The translations under genes and the position numbers were made by a program. Below, in pieces: positions 55,601-64,000 of a DNA stretch of 64,000 bases. The DNA is from Pirellulales bacterium (GTDB lineage: Bacteria > Planctomycetota > Planctomycetia > Pirellulales > JAICIG01). The first letter of the stretch is position 1. Every line of letters starts with the position of its first letter. The DNA lies in assembly GCA_040901675.1 (NCBI GenBank), contig JBBDYJ010000031.1, positions 266,103-330,102 of the forward strand. The letters run 5' to 3'. The notes beneath the pieces are model-generated. The model saw only the letters and a list, made by a program, of their open reading frames with translations. It was not told where the DNA came from and made no database searches.

Positions 55601-56418
55601 TGCTTCCCACCCGGATCGAAAGCGTTTCTGGGAAACAGGTGAGGCTGGCATGCCTCGGCGACGGTCCGCCGCTGCTGCTGTTGCACGGATATCCCGACAA
55701 CCTGCAGATCTGGTGTGAGCTGGCCCCTCAATTGGCTGGCCAGTTTCATGTGATCGCCTTCGACTGGCCCGGCATGGGACAGAGCGAGGCCTGGCCGGGC
55801 GGCGCCACGCCGGTCCACATGGCCGATCGGCTGCTGGTGCTCGTCGATGCCTGGAAGCTGGCCAAAGTCAGCCTGTTGGGGATGGACATGGGCGGCCAGC
55901 CGGCGCTGGCCTTTGCGGCCCGTCATCCGGAGCGGATCGAGCGGCTGGTGGTGATGAACTCGCTCTTGTTCGGCGACGAGCCGACCTCATGGGAGATTCG
56001 CGTTCTTCGGCGGTTCGGCTGGAATCGGCTGATTCTGCGTTATGGACCTCGCCTCGTCTTCCGCCGGGCCATGAGAACCTTTTTGCCGCGAGGAATCCGC
56101 TTGCCGGACGATCTGCGCGCGGATCTGTGGAACGCCTTTCGACGTCATGCGGTGCGGCGGTTCATTTCGAAGATGTGCGCCGGTTACCAGGGGACCCTGC
56201 CCTCGCTGCCGGCCCTATACCGGCAGATCGGCTGCCCGACGATGGCCCTCTGGGGCGAGGCTGACGCACACTTTCCCCCTGTGCACGCCCTGCGGTTGGG
56301 TCAAAGCGTGCCCGGCGCCCAGGTCTCGTTGATCCCCGGCGCCCACCACTGGATGGCCTGGTACATGGCGGATATCGTGGCGGAGAGAGTGACCACGTTC
56401 CTGCAACCCGATCGCTGA
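55600..56418 (+). CDS. Alpha/beta hydrolase (epoxide hydrolase/dehalogenase-like, Asp nucleophile)
   Basis: TGATG overlap; LLLLHGYP, DWPGMGQS, GMDMGG, WGEAD, GAHH. Confidence 0.88.
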   Translation: MLPTRIESVSGKQVRLACLGDGPPLLLLHGYPDNLQIWCELAPQLAGQFHVIAFDWPGMGQSEAWPGGATPVHMADRLLVLVDAWKLAKVSLLGMDMGGQPALAFAARHPERIERLVVMNSLLFGDEPTSWEIRVLRRFGWNRLILRYGPRLVFRRAMRTFLPRGIRLPDDLRADLWNAFRRHAVRRFISKMCAGYQGTLPSLPALYRQIGCPTMALWGEADAHFPPVHALRLGQSVPGAQVSLIPGAHHWMAWYMADIVAERVTTFLQPDR

Positions 56419-56425
56419 GGCCGGT

Positions 56426-57934
56426 ATGCCTGCATCCACGATGACGTGCCGGCTGTGCCGCCGGCCGGCTTTCGTCGGCGGCCTGGCGCTAGTTTGCTTC
56501 GTAGCGCTAGGCCGGCCGGCACGGGCTGACAAGCCGCTGAACTTCGTCTTCTTCCTGGTCGACGACCTGGGCTATGCCGACGTGGGCTGCAATAACCCCG
56601 AAACGTTCTACGAAACGCCGAACATCGACCGCCTGGCCCGTAGCGGAGTGCGGTTCACCAACGGCTATGCCGCCTGTCCGGTTTGCAGCCCGACGCGGTA
56701 CAGCATCATGACCGGCAAGTATCCGACGCGCGTGGGCGCGACCAACTTCTTCTCCGGCACGCGGGCCGAGCGCTTTTTGCCGGCGCCGCTCAACGAACGC
56801 ATGCCGCTGGAAGAAATCACCCTGGCCGAGGCGCTCCAGGAGCACGGCTACGCCACGTTCTTCGCCGGCAAGTGGCACCTCGGGCCGACGGCCGAGTATT
56901 GGCCGGAAGCGCAGGGCTTCGATGTCAACCAGGGCGGCTGCGATCGAGGCGCCCCCACCGGAGGCGACAAGTACTTCTCGCCCTACGGCAACCCACGGCT
57001 CCAGAACGGGCCGCCAGGCGAGCACTTGCCGGACCGGCTGGCGACGGAGACCTCCAGGTTCATCGAGGCAAACCGGCAAGGGCCGTTTTTCGCTTACCTG
57101 GCCTTTTACTCCGTACACACGCCGTTGATGGCCCCCGCGAAGCTGGTCGAGAAATACAAGTTGAAGGCCCAACGCCTGGGTTTGACGAGCACACGGCAAT
57201 TCGCCGACGAGGAGCAGGTCTGGCCAGTCGATGAGCCGCGGCGCGTCCGCACGCTGCAGAGCCATGCCGTGTACGCGGCCATGGTCGAGTCGATGGACCA
57301 GGCCGTTGGAAAGGTGTTGGACCAGCTCGACGAGCTGGGGCTGGCCGACACAACGGCCGTGTTGTTCATGTCGGACAACGGCGGTCTGAGCACGGCGGAA
57401 GGATCGCCCACTTCCAACCTTCCGCTCCGGGGCGGCAAGGGCTGGCTCTACGAAGGGGGCATCCGCGAGCCGCTCATCATCCGCTGGCCCGGCGTCAGCG
57501 AGCCCGGCAGCGTGTGCGACGTGCCAATCATCTCCAACGACTTTTACCCGACCATCCTCGACATGGCCGGCCTGGCTCCGCGACCCCGGCAGCATCTCGA
57601 CGGCGTGAGCCTCGTCGGGCTCTTGCGGGGGGAGCCGGCGCCGCCACGCGATGCGCTGTACTGGCACTATCCACACTATGCCAACCAGGGTGGCTTTCCG
57701 GGCGGGGCCATCCGGATGGGCGACTGGAAGCTGATCGAGCGCTACGAGGATGGCCGAGTGCACTTGTTCAACCTCGCGAACGACCTCGGCGAGCGGCACG
57801 ACCTGGCCGGCCAGCATCCGGACCGGGTCGCCGCCATGCGCCAGGGGCTGCACGCCTGGTACAAGGAGGTCGACGCCAAGTTCCTCCAGGCCAGGCCGGC
57901 CGGCCCGCGGCCATGGCGGCCGGCTGGTTTCTAG
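56426..57934 (+). CDS. Sulfatase (formylglycine-dependent)
   Basis: DDLG, CSPTR..IMTGKYP, GKWHLG, HTP, SDNGG, GKG.LYEGG.REP. Confidence 0.95.
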   Translation: MPASTMTCRLCRRPAFVGGLALVCFVALGRPARADKPLNFVFFLVDDLGYADVGCNNPETFYETPNIDRLARSGVRFTNGYAACPVCSPTRYSIMTGKYPTRVGATNFFSGTRAERFLPAPLNERMPLEEITLAEALQEHGYATFFAGKWHLGPTAEYWPEAQGFDVNQGGCDRGAPTGGDKYFSPYGNPRLQNGPPGEHLPDRLATETSRFIEANRQGPFFAYLAFYSVHTPLMAPAKLVEKYKLKAQRLGLTSTRQFADEEQVWPVDEPRRVRTLQSHAVYAAMVESMDQAVGKVLDQLDELGLADTTAVLFMSDNGGLSTAEGSPTSNLPLRGGKGWLYEGGIREPLIIRWPGVSEPGSVCDVPIISNDFYPTILDMAGLAPRPRQHLDGVSLVGLLRGEPAPPRDALYWHYPHYANQGGFPGGAIRMGDWKLIERYEDGRVHLFNLANDLGERHDLAGQHPDRVAAMRQGLHAWYKEVDAKFLQARPAGPRPWRPAGF

Positions 57935-58140
57935 ATTGCTCTTGGGGATTCGGCCGTGCTCACCGGCCCGGTCCGGGGGCTCCGGCCACTCCCATCCGGC
58001 ACGCCTCTGCTGTCAGAGCTATCTGGTCTTGTGGGTTTAAGAGGCAGGGATTAGCATTGCGGCCCCTGTAAGCCTCGCCCATGCCAGGAGGGCTGTTGGC
58101 GGCGGCTTTGCAGGCCACGTACGGAAAGGACTCCGTAGAC

Positions 58141-59229
58141 ATGCCGCTCACCCTGCCCGAGATCGCCAAGCTGGTCCGTGGACGCGTCCTTGGCGACGAC
58201 CGACTGGAAGCGCTTGGGCAACTTCAAATCCATGGGGCCTCCCCGCTGGGCGAGGCCCGGCCGGGCGACATCACGTTCATCGGCGCTGCCGACAAGATGC
58301 ACCGGCTGGCCAACTGCCAGGCCTCGGCCGCCTTGGTTCCAAACGGCGTCGGCCTTGACGATCCCGCCATCGGCCGCCTGGCATTGGTGCAGGTGGACGA
58401 CGTGGCGTCGGCCTTCACCCGGCTGGTGACGCACTTCCGCCCCCCGCGGCGGCGGGCCCGCGTCGGCTTGAGCTCGAAGGCCACGATCAGCGCATCCGCC
58501 CGGATCGGCGCCGGAGTGGATGTCTATCCCGGCGCGACCATCGGCGACGACGTGCAGATTGGCGGCGGTTCCACGATTCACGCCGGCGTCCACATCATGG
58601 CCGGCTGCCGGCTGGGCGAAGACGTAACCATCTTTCCCAATGCCGTGCTGTACGAAAACACGGTGGTCGGCCCGCGGTCGATCATCCACGCCGGCGCGGT
58701 GCTGGGCGCCTACGGCTTCGGTTATACGGTCGTCGCCGGACGCCACCAGCTTTCGGCCCAACTGGGTTACGTCGAGCTGGCCGCCGACGTCGAAGTGGGA
58801 GCATCGACCACGATCGACCGGGGCACCTATGGATCTACGTTCATCGGCGAAGGGACCAAGATCGACAACCTGGTGATGATCGCCCACAACTGCCGGCTCG
58901 GCCGGCACAACCTGATTTGCTCGCAGGTGGGAATCGCCGGCAGCACGACCACCGGCGACCACGTGGTCATGGCCGGCCAGGTGGGCGTGAGAGACCACGT
59001 ACACATCGGAGACCGCGCGGTGCTGGCCGCCAAGGCCGGAGTGCCCAACGACGTGCCGGCCGACACGATGGTCATCGGCACGCCGGCCAAGCCCGAGCGC
59101 GAACAAAAGCTGATTTTTGCCGCGATCGCCCGGCTGCCCGAGCTGCGCCGGCAGTTCAAGGCCCTGCAAGCCGCGGTGGCCCGGCTGGAAAACCCGACCG
59201 GCACCAACGGGCACAACCGCGCGGCATGA
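58141..59229 (+). CDS. lpxD: UDP-3-O-(3-hydroxyacyl)glucosamine N-acyltransferase
   Basis: Hexapeptide repeats, GAYGFGY, QLGYV, DVEVGA.TTIDRG, TKIDNLVMIAHN. Confidence 0.95.
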   Translation: MPLTLPEIAKLVRGRVLGDDRLEALGQLQIHGASPLGEARPGDITFIGAADKMHRLANCQASAALVPNGVGLDDPAIGRLALVQVDDVASAFTRLVTHFRPPRRRARVGLSSKATISASARIGAGVDVYPGATIGDDVQIGGGSTIHAGVHIMAGCRLGEDVTIFPNAVLYENTVVGPRSIIHAGAVLGAYGFGYTVVAGRHQLSAQLGYVELAADVEVGASTTIDRGTYGSTFIGEGTKIDNLVMIAHNCRLGRHNLICSQVGIAGSTTTGDHVVMAGQVGVRDHVHIGDRAVLAAKAGVPNDVPADTMVIGTPAKPEREQKLIFAAIARLPELRRQFKALQAAVARLENPTGTNGHNRAA

Positions 59230-60161
59230 ACCACCTCCAGCCAGCTACCGGCATCACGGCGCAGGGCCGCTCCAAAGTGGGCCTTTTGGCCGGCTGGGGC
59301 CGCTATCCGCTGGTCGTCGCCGAGGCGCTCGTCGGGCAAGGCTACCTCACGTATTGCCTGGGGGTGAAGGGGCACGCCGACCCGGCTCTGGCCGCCGTTT
59401 GCCACGACTTTCGCTGGCTGGGCCTGGCGCGGCTGGGCGAGGCGGCGCGCTATTTCAAACGGCATGGCGTGCGCGACGTGACGATGGCCGGCAAGATCCA
59501 CAAGGCCCTCTTGTTCGGGCGCTGGGCCTGGCTCAAGCACCTGCCCGACTTCCGCACGCTGCGCAGGTTCTACAAGCACTTCCTGCTCAACCGCCGCGAT
59601 CGCCAGGACGATACCTTGCTCATGGCCGTGGTGAAGGAATTCGCAGTGGACGGAATCCATTTCGCGCCGGCCACCGACTACGTACCGGAGTTGCTCGTGA
59701 AGTTCGGACAACTGACGCTCCGCGGCCCATCGGCTGCGCAGCAACAAGACATCGAGTTCGGCTGGAAGCTGGCCAAGGAGCTGGGCCGCCTCGACGTGGG
59801 CCAGAGCGTGGCGATCAAGGGGCGTGCGGCCCTGGCCGTCGAGGCGATCGAAGGCACCGACCAGTGCATCCAGCGGGCCGGCACGCTGTGTCCGGCGGGC
59901 GGCTTTACGGTGGTCAAAGTGGCCAAGCCTCAGCAGGACATGCGGTTCGACGTGCCGACGATCGGCCTGGGCACATTGGAGAGCATGGTCCAGGCGGGCG
60001 CGACCTGCCTGGCGATCGAGGCCGGCCGCACCATCCTCGTCGACCAGCCCCAGGTCATCCAGCTTGCCGATCAACATCAACTCGCCATCGTGTCGCTGTC
60101 GGCCGACGGCGAGTGCCCGCGTCCATCTCCGGAGACCCTGTGCGAATCAAGGGAAAGGTAG
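59226..60161 (+). CDS. lpxI: UDP-2,3-diacylglucosamine pyrophosphatase LpxI
   Basis: GLLAGWGRYP, MAGKI, DD.LL, LDVGQSV, AVEAIEGTD, QDMRFDVPTIG; ATGA overlap with lpxD. Confidence 0.92.
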   Translation: MNHLQPATGITAQGRSKVGLLAGWGRYPLVVAEALVGQGYLTYCLGVKGHADPALAAVCHDFRWLGLARLGEAARYFKRHGVRDVTMAGKIHKALLFGRWAWLKHLPDFRTLRRFYKHFLLNRRDRQDDTLLMAVVKEFAVDGIHFAPATDYVPELLVKFGQLTLRGPSAAQQQDIEFGWKLAKELGRLDVGQSVAIKGRAALAVEAIEGTDQCIQRAGTLCPAGGFTVVKVAKPQQDMRFDVPTIGLGTLESMVQAGATCLAIEAGRTILVDQPQVIQLADQHQLAIVSLSADGECPRPSPETLCESRER

Positions 60162-60290
60162 AAGAAGAACGGGCGGCCGAGCCATCCCGCGCAAGGCCGC
60201 CCACCCCGCGTTCTTTGCACATCCCCACTCCTTTCACCACCTCCCGCCTCGTAACTCTTGCCCAGCACAGGGTCCTCCGGGGGTTTTTTT

Positions 60291-60595
60291 GCTAGTTGCT
60301 GGTTGCTGGTTGCTAGTTGCTAGTTGCTAGTTAGTTTGTAGTGACCCCATTTATGGGGTCTTGAGACTGTCGCGGGCGGCGTCAACGTTCGAACGAAGGG
60401 GAAAGCTCTCCCGTCCTCGCTGGCGCGTCGGGTTAGTGTAGTCATCGTCTCCCCCCGTCGCGCCCTCGCCCCGTCGCCTTGTCCCCTTGTCGCCTTGTCG
60501 CCTTGTCGCCCCTTCCCCCCCTCGCCTCATCGCCTCCTCGCCTCATCGTCTCCCCCCTTCTCCCGCTCCCCCCTTCCCCCCTTCACTCTCCCCCG
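60291..60595. repeat. Composite intergenic repeats: GCTAGTT heptamers, a REP copy (60415-60439) and 8-mer TTGTCGCC/CCTCGCCT tracts
   Basis: Visible periodicity. Confidence 0.75.
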
Positions 60596-60667
60596 GGCTA
60601 TAATGGCCTGAGACGCCACAAGCATTGGCGGCAAATATCCTGTCCACCCCTGCCCAGGTGATTGCTG

Positions 60668-61540
60668 ATGCGACTCGCCTCTGCCCGATTCCTGATCTTG
60701 TGCCTGGCCGGCCTGCTGGCGGTGCCACTGGGCGCCCGGCGGTCGAGCGGCGAACCGGCCGAGACCGCGGCCAAGGCCCCACGGCAGCCCAAGGTGGTCG
60801 AGCAGCCGGCGGCCATCCCGCCGCCGCTGACGCACTACAAGGGACGCGAGATCGCGCCCACCATGCACTACGAGGGAGCGCCCTGGCTGGTCCGCGAATC
60901 GCGCGAGCGCGAAGAAGATTGCAAGACCCTGCTCAAGGTGCTCGATCTCAAGCAGGGGCAGGTCGTCTGCGATATGGGATGCGGCAACGGCTTCTACACG
61001 CTGCCCATCGCCGGGCTGGTGGGTGAAAAGGGGCGCGTGCTGGCCGTCGACATCCAACCGGAGATGCTGCGGCTGCTGGACGAGTGGGCCAAGCAAGAGC
61101 AGATCAACAACGTCGAGCCCATCCTCGGCACGCTGGTCGATCCGGGACTGCCTGAAGGCGAGGTGGACCTGATCCTGCTGGTCGACGTGTATCACGAGTT
61201 CTCGCATCCCGAGCACATGCTCCAGGCGATGCGCAAGGCGCTAAAGCCCGACGGGCGGCTGGCGCTGGTCGAGTTCCGGCTGGAAGATCCCAAGGTGCCG
61301 ATCAAGCTTTTGCACAAGATGAGCAAAAGGCAGATCATGAAGGAGCTGCCGCCCAATGGCTTCAAGCTGGTCGACCAGTTCGACGAGCTCCCCTGGCAGC
61401 ACGTGATGTTCTTCCAGCGCGATGACGCTCCGGTAAGCAAGTCGGCCGGCAAGGCCGCGGGCAAATCCACCCGCAGCGTGCCGCGCCAACTCGACCGCAA
61501 GCGGGGCGCTAACGCGGATGCCGGTCTGGCTGACGAGTAG
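60668..61540 (+). CDS. Exported class I SAM-dependent methyltransferase
   Basis: VCDMGCGNGFYT, VLAVDIQPEML, VDVYHEFSHP, ALKPDG; N-terminal signal peptide. Confidence 0.88.
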   Translation: MRLASARFLILCLAGLLAVPLGARRSSGEPAETAAKAPRQPKVVEQPAAIPPPLTHYKGREIAPTMHYEGAPWLVRESREREEDCKTLLKVLDLKQGQVVCDMGCGNGFYTLPIAGLVGEKGRVLAVDIQPEMLRLLDEWAKQEQINNVEPILGTLVDPGLPEGEVDLILLVDVYHEFSHPEHMLQAMRKALKPDGRLALVEFRLEDPKVPIKLLHKMSKRQIMKELPPNGFKLVDQFDELPWQHVMFFQRDDAPVSKSAGKAAGKSTRSVPRQLDRKRGANADAGLADE

Positions 61541-61551
61541 GCCGCCCGGAC

Positions 61552-62541
61552 ATGGCCCGCACCGGCGATCAAACGTTCCGCGTTGCTCGCGAGCAATCCC
61601 AGCAGACGCTGGCTTCGCTCTTGCGGCATTGGCTGCCCGGCAAGGCCTGGTCCGAAGTGCGGCAACTGGTCAAGTCGCGCCGCGTGCTGGTCAGCGGCAA
61701 CTTGTGCGTCGATGCCGGCCGCCGGCTCCGGCCGGACGAAGTGGTCAAGCTGCTCGAGCATCCGACCGCGCCCTTGCCCCGCGAGGACGACGTAAGGATC
61801 CGCTATCTGGATGTCCACCTGGTGGTCGTCGAAAAGCCTTCCGGCATGACCTCGGTCCGGCACGCCGAAGAGCGGCATTGGTCATCGCGCCGCCGGCAGC
61901 TCCAGCCCACGCTGGAGGATCTGCTGCCCCGCGTGATCGCCAAAAAATCGAGCCGGGGGGCCAAGGGCCGGCGTGGCACGAAGCCGGGCAAATTGCCTCC
62001 CGTCCGCCCGGTGCACCGCATCGACCGCGAGACGAGCGGCCTGATGGTTTTTGCCCGCACGCCGCAAGCCGAGCGGCACCTGGTGCAGCAGTTTCGCCGC
62101 CACGTCACGCACCGCCGCTACCTAGCCGTGGCCAAGGGACTCGTCCAAGCCCAGACGATCGAGTCGCAACTGGTCCGCGACCGGGGCGACGGGCGGCGCG
62201 GCAGCACCACCCACGGCGGCATGGGCAAGCGCGCCGTCACGCACGTGCGGCCCATCGAGCGGCTCAACGGCTACACGCTGATCGAGTGCCGGCTGGAAAC
62301 GGGCCGCACCCACCAGATACGCATCCAACTGGCCGAGCTGGGGCATCCTCTGTGCGGCGAGACGATCTACCAGCGGCCCTTGTTCGGCGAGGCGGAACCG
62401 GACACCAGCGGCGCCCCGCGGCTGGCGCTGCACGCGGCCGAGTTGGGGCTGGAGCACCCGACGACCGGGGAGCAGCTTGAATTCAAAATGCCGCTGCCCG
62501 ACGACCTGGCGCGATTGGTCGATCGCCTCCGCCGGGTGTAG
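61552..62541 (+). CDS. RluA/RluD family pseudouridine synthase
   Basis: VEKPSG, VHRIDRETSG, LETGRTHQIR, GHPLCGE, LALHA. Confidence 0.93.
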   Translation: MARTGDQTFRVAREQSQQTLASLLRHWLPGKAWSEVRQLVKSRRVLVSGNLCVDAGRRLRPDEVVKLLEHPTAPLPREDDVRIRYLDVHLVVVEKPSGMTSVRHAEERHWSSRRRQLQPTLEDLLPRVIAKKSSRGAKGRRGTKPGKLPPVRPVHRIDRETSGLMVFARTPQAERHLVQQFRRHVTHRRYLAVAKGLVQAQTIESQLVRDRGDGRRGSTTHGGMGKRAVTHVRPIERLNGYTLIECRLETGRTHQIRIQLAELGHPLCGETIYQRPLFGEAEPDTSGAPRLALHAAELGLEHPTTGEQLEFKMPLPDDLARLVDRLRRV

Positions 62542-62544
62542 CCG

Positions 62545-62913
62545 CTACTCGGCGTCGAGCTTGGCGAGGTACTTATCCGGATCTTTTTCGAGGGGCCCAC
62601 GGCAGCCTTCGCAACAGAGAAACACGTCGCGGCCTTTGACGCTCACCTTGACCGGGGTGTCCATCGAGCCGAGTTTCCCTCCGCCCACCGGGCAGTTCAC
62701 TTGGGCAATTGCCAGTGCGCGGTCCTCGTCTGACAAATTGGCCAAGGCCGCATCGATCTCGGCTTGTTCCTCGGCCGACGTCGTTTCATCGCTCTCGTTG
62801 GCAGCCGGCTCGCCATTGCCTCCAGCCGGTGGGGCCTTGGTGTCGTCGCTGCCGCAACCGGCCATGCCGATCGAGACAGCCACCGCGAAAACGAACAGTT
62901 GCAATCGCTTCAT
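62545..62913 (-). CDS. Lipoprotein with YHS/TRASH-like metal-binding domain
   Basis: Lipobox MAGC; CPV..GKLGSM..P, FLCCEGC, DPDKY. Confidence 0.85.
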   Translation of the reverse strand: MKRLQLFVFAVAVSIGMAGCGSDDTKAPPAGGNGEPAANESDETTSAEEQAEIDAALANLSDEDRALAIAQVNCPVGGGKLGSMDTPVKVSVKGRDVFLCCEGCRGPLEKDPDKYLAKLDAE

Positions 62914-63198
62914 TGATTTGCTCTCCAGATTGCCGATCGGACGGTTTTACCCCACTACCGAAAGCATATCGGATTACCCGCCGGTAGCAAGTCGCCTCCG
63001 CTCCTCATTGGCTTTACCACGGATCTTGCTATGCTGCATTCTGGGACCGCTGCTCGGTGAACGCCAGCAGTCTATCCCGCCGACCACTGACCAGAGAGCA
63101 TAGCAGCGAGTGAATTGCCACCGACAACGAGATCGGCCCCGGACACATCGACATCAACGTTGATCCAAACGGCTAAGCGGAGTCTCGGAGGAAACGAA

Positions 63199-63825
63199 AT
63201 GAGAGCCCTTGTTTTCAGCCTCGCCATTGTTTGCCTGGCTGGGATGCCGCAGGAGCATACGCTGCAAGATCATCTCGACGACTTAGTGGCCTCGATTCAG
63301 GCTGATGACGGCTCGGGGAAGTCGGCGATGGGGCGGGGGAAGGCATCTGCGGAGATTCTTGCTGCACATCAGCGGCTCGTGGACCAGCTTATCGAGATCG
63401 CAAGCACCGAGAAGGCCGCTTATGCGTTCTCAAGAGAGCCACGGAGCGAAGCGGTTAAGCTGCTCGGCCATATCGGCGGCCGGAAAGCAGTGCCGGTGTT
63501 GGTCAAGTACGTGGACTGGAAATACTCTGAAGGAGTAGCATTTGGGGGCATTCATCCAGCAGAGAATTACCCCTGTGCTTACGCTCTTATTGGGAACTGC
63601 GCGACAGTTCCAGAAATCTTTAAGAGGTTGCAGGCCGAGCCGGCTCCCAGCGAGAAGGCGATGGAACTATACGCTTGGCTGGTGGTCTCGCCTTACGGCT
63701 TCGGCCGCGAGCACGAGGCGATCAAAGCCGTCGAGGCCAGGGCGAAGCGTGAGATAAACAACAAAAACCTGCTGGTGCTCTTGGAGAAAATGCAGCAAGT
63801 GGAATTGGAGCCGCCGCTCGACTAA
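63199..63825 (+). CDS. Signal-peptide HEAT-like protein
   Basis: RBS ggagg; hydrophobic N-terminus; 'RSEAVKLLGHIGGRKAVPVLVKYV'; codon usage looks less GC-biased. Confidence 0.72.
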   Translation: MRALVFSLAIVCLAGMPQEHTLQDHLDDLVASIQADDGSGKSAMGRGKASAEILAAHQRLVDQLIEIASTEKAAYAFSREPRSEAVKLLGHIGGRKAVPVLVKYVDWKYSEGVAFGGIHPAENYPCAYALIGNCATVPEIFKRLQAEPAPSEKAMELYAWLVVSPYGFGREHEAIKAVEARAKREINNKNLLVLLEKMQQVELEPPLD

Positions 63826-63867
63826 ACGCACTTGAAGCAGCGCGGGCCAATCGGGCGAAGGGAGATG

Positions 63868-63933
63868 GAAAAGGGGACAGGCTACTTTTTGAGCCAGGCG
63901 GCACGCTGAGAGAAAAGTAGAATGTCCCCTTTC
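63868..63933. repeat. Inverted-repeat element (aaaggggaca-ggctactttt ... aaaagtagaa-tgtccccttt)
   Basis: About 20-bp imperfect arms forming a long hairpin; possibly a MITE or terminator. Confidence 0.65.
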
Positions 63934-64000
63934 TTTTCTTGCAACCGTAACGGGCGGTCCCGCAAAACGGTGCAAGGCGACCTGGGCGAATTGCGCATCG

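Overview
High-GC bacterial DNA, almost certainly from a planctomycete (Pirellulales-like). This is inferred from two DUF1501/DUF1549-DUF1553/PPC modules, a DUF1598 protein, an LEPR-XLL-like export motif, NPYxSP and (Q/R)FSLxxLL membrane proteins, LRR proteins and several intergenic repeat families. The backbone carries a surface-glycan cluster (1-5.7 kb), an orphan CbiM/NikMN gene, a glyoxalase/esterase pair, tRNA-Ser(GCT), an M28 peptidase, lutA, apbE, dedA, a sulfatase, lpxD-lpxI and an RluA-family gene. The most unusual parts are: (1) a lower-GC insert at about 10.8-16.7 kb encoding a 1015-aa exported Ig/cadherin-repeat protein with a C-terminal GxSxG hydrolase, a translationally coupled HEAT-like partner and four divergent paralogous membrane genes. 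This looks like a polymorphic toxin/immunity system and is bracketed by duplicated and chimeric gene fragments. (2) A ferritin-like diiron-DUF362 fusion coupled to a CrtI-like oxidoreductase and an alpha/beta hydrolase. (3) A decayed integrase islet at the tRNA-Ser 3' end. (4) A candidate ~80-nt sRNA or attenuator at 41.5 kb. All family calls come from motif recognition by eye; no database searches were run.
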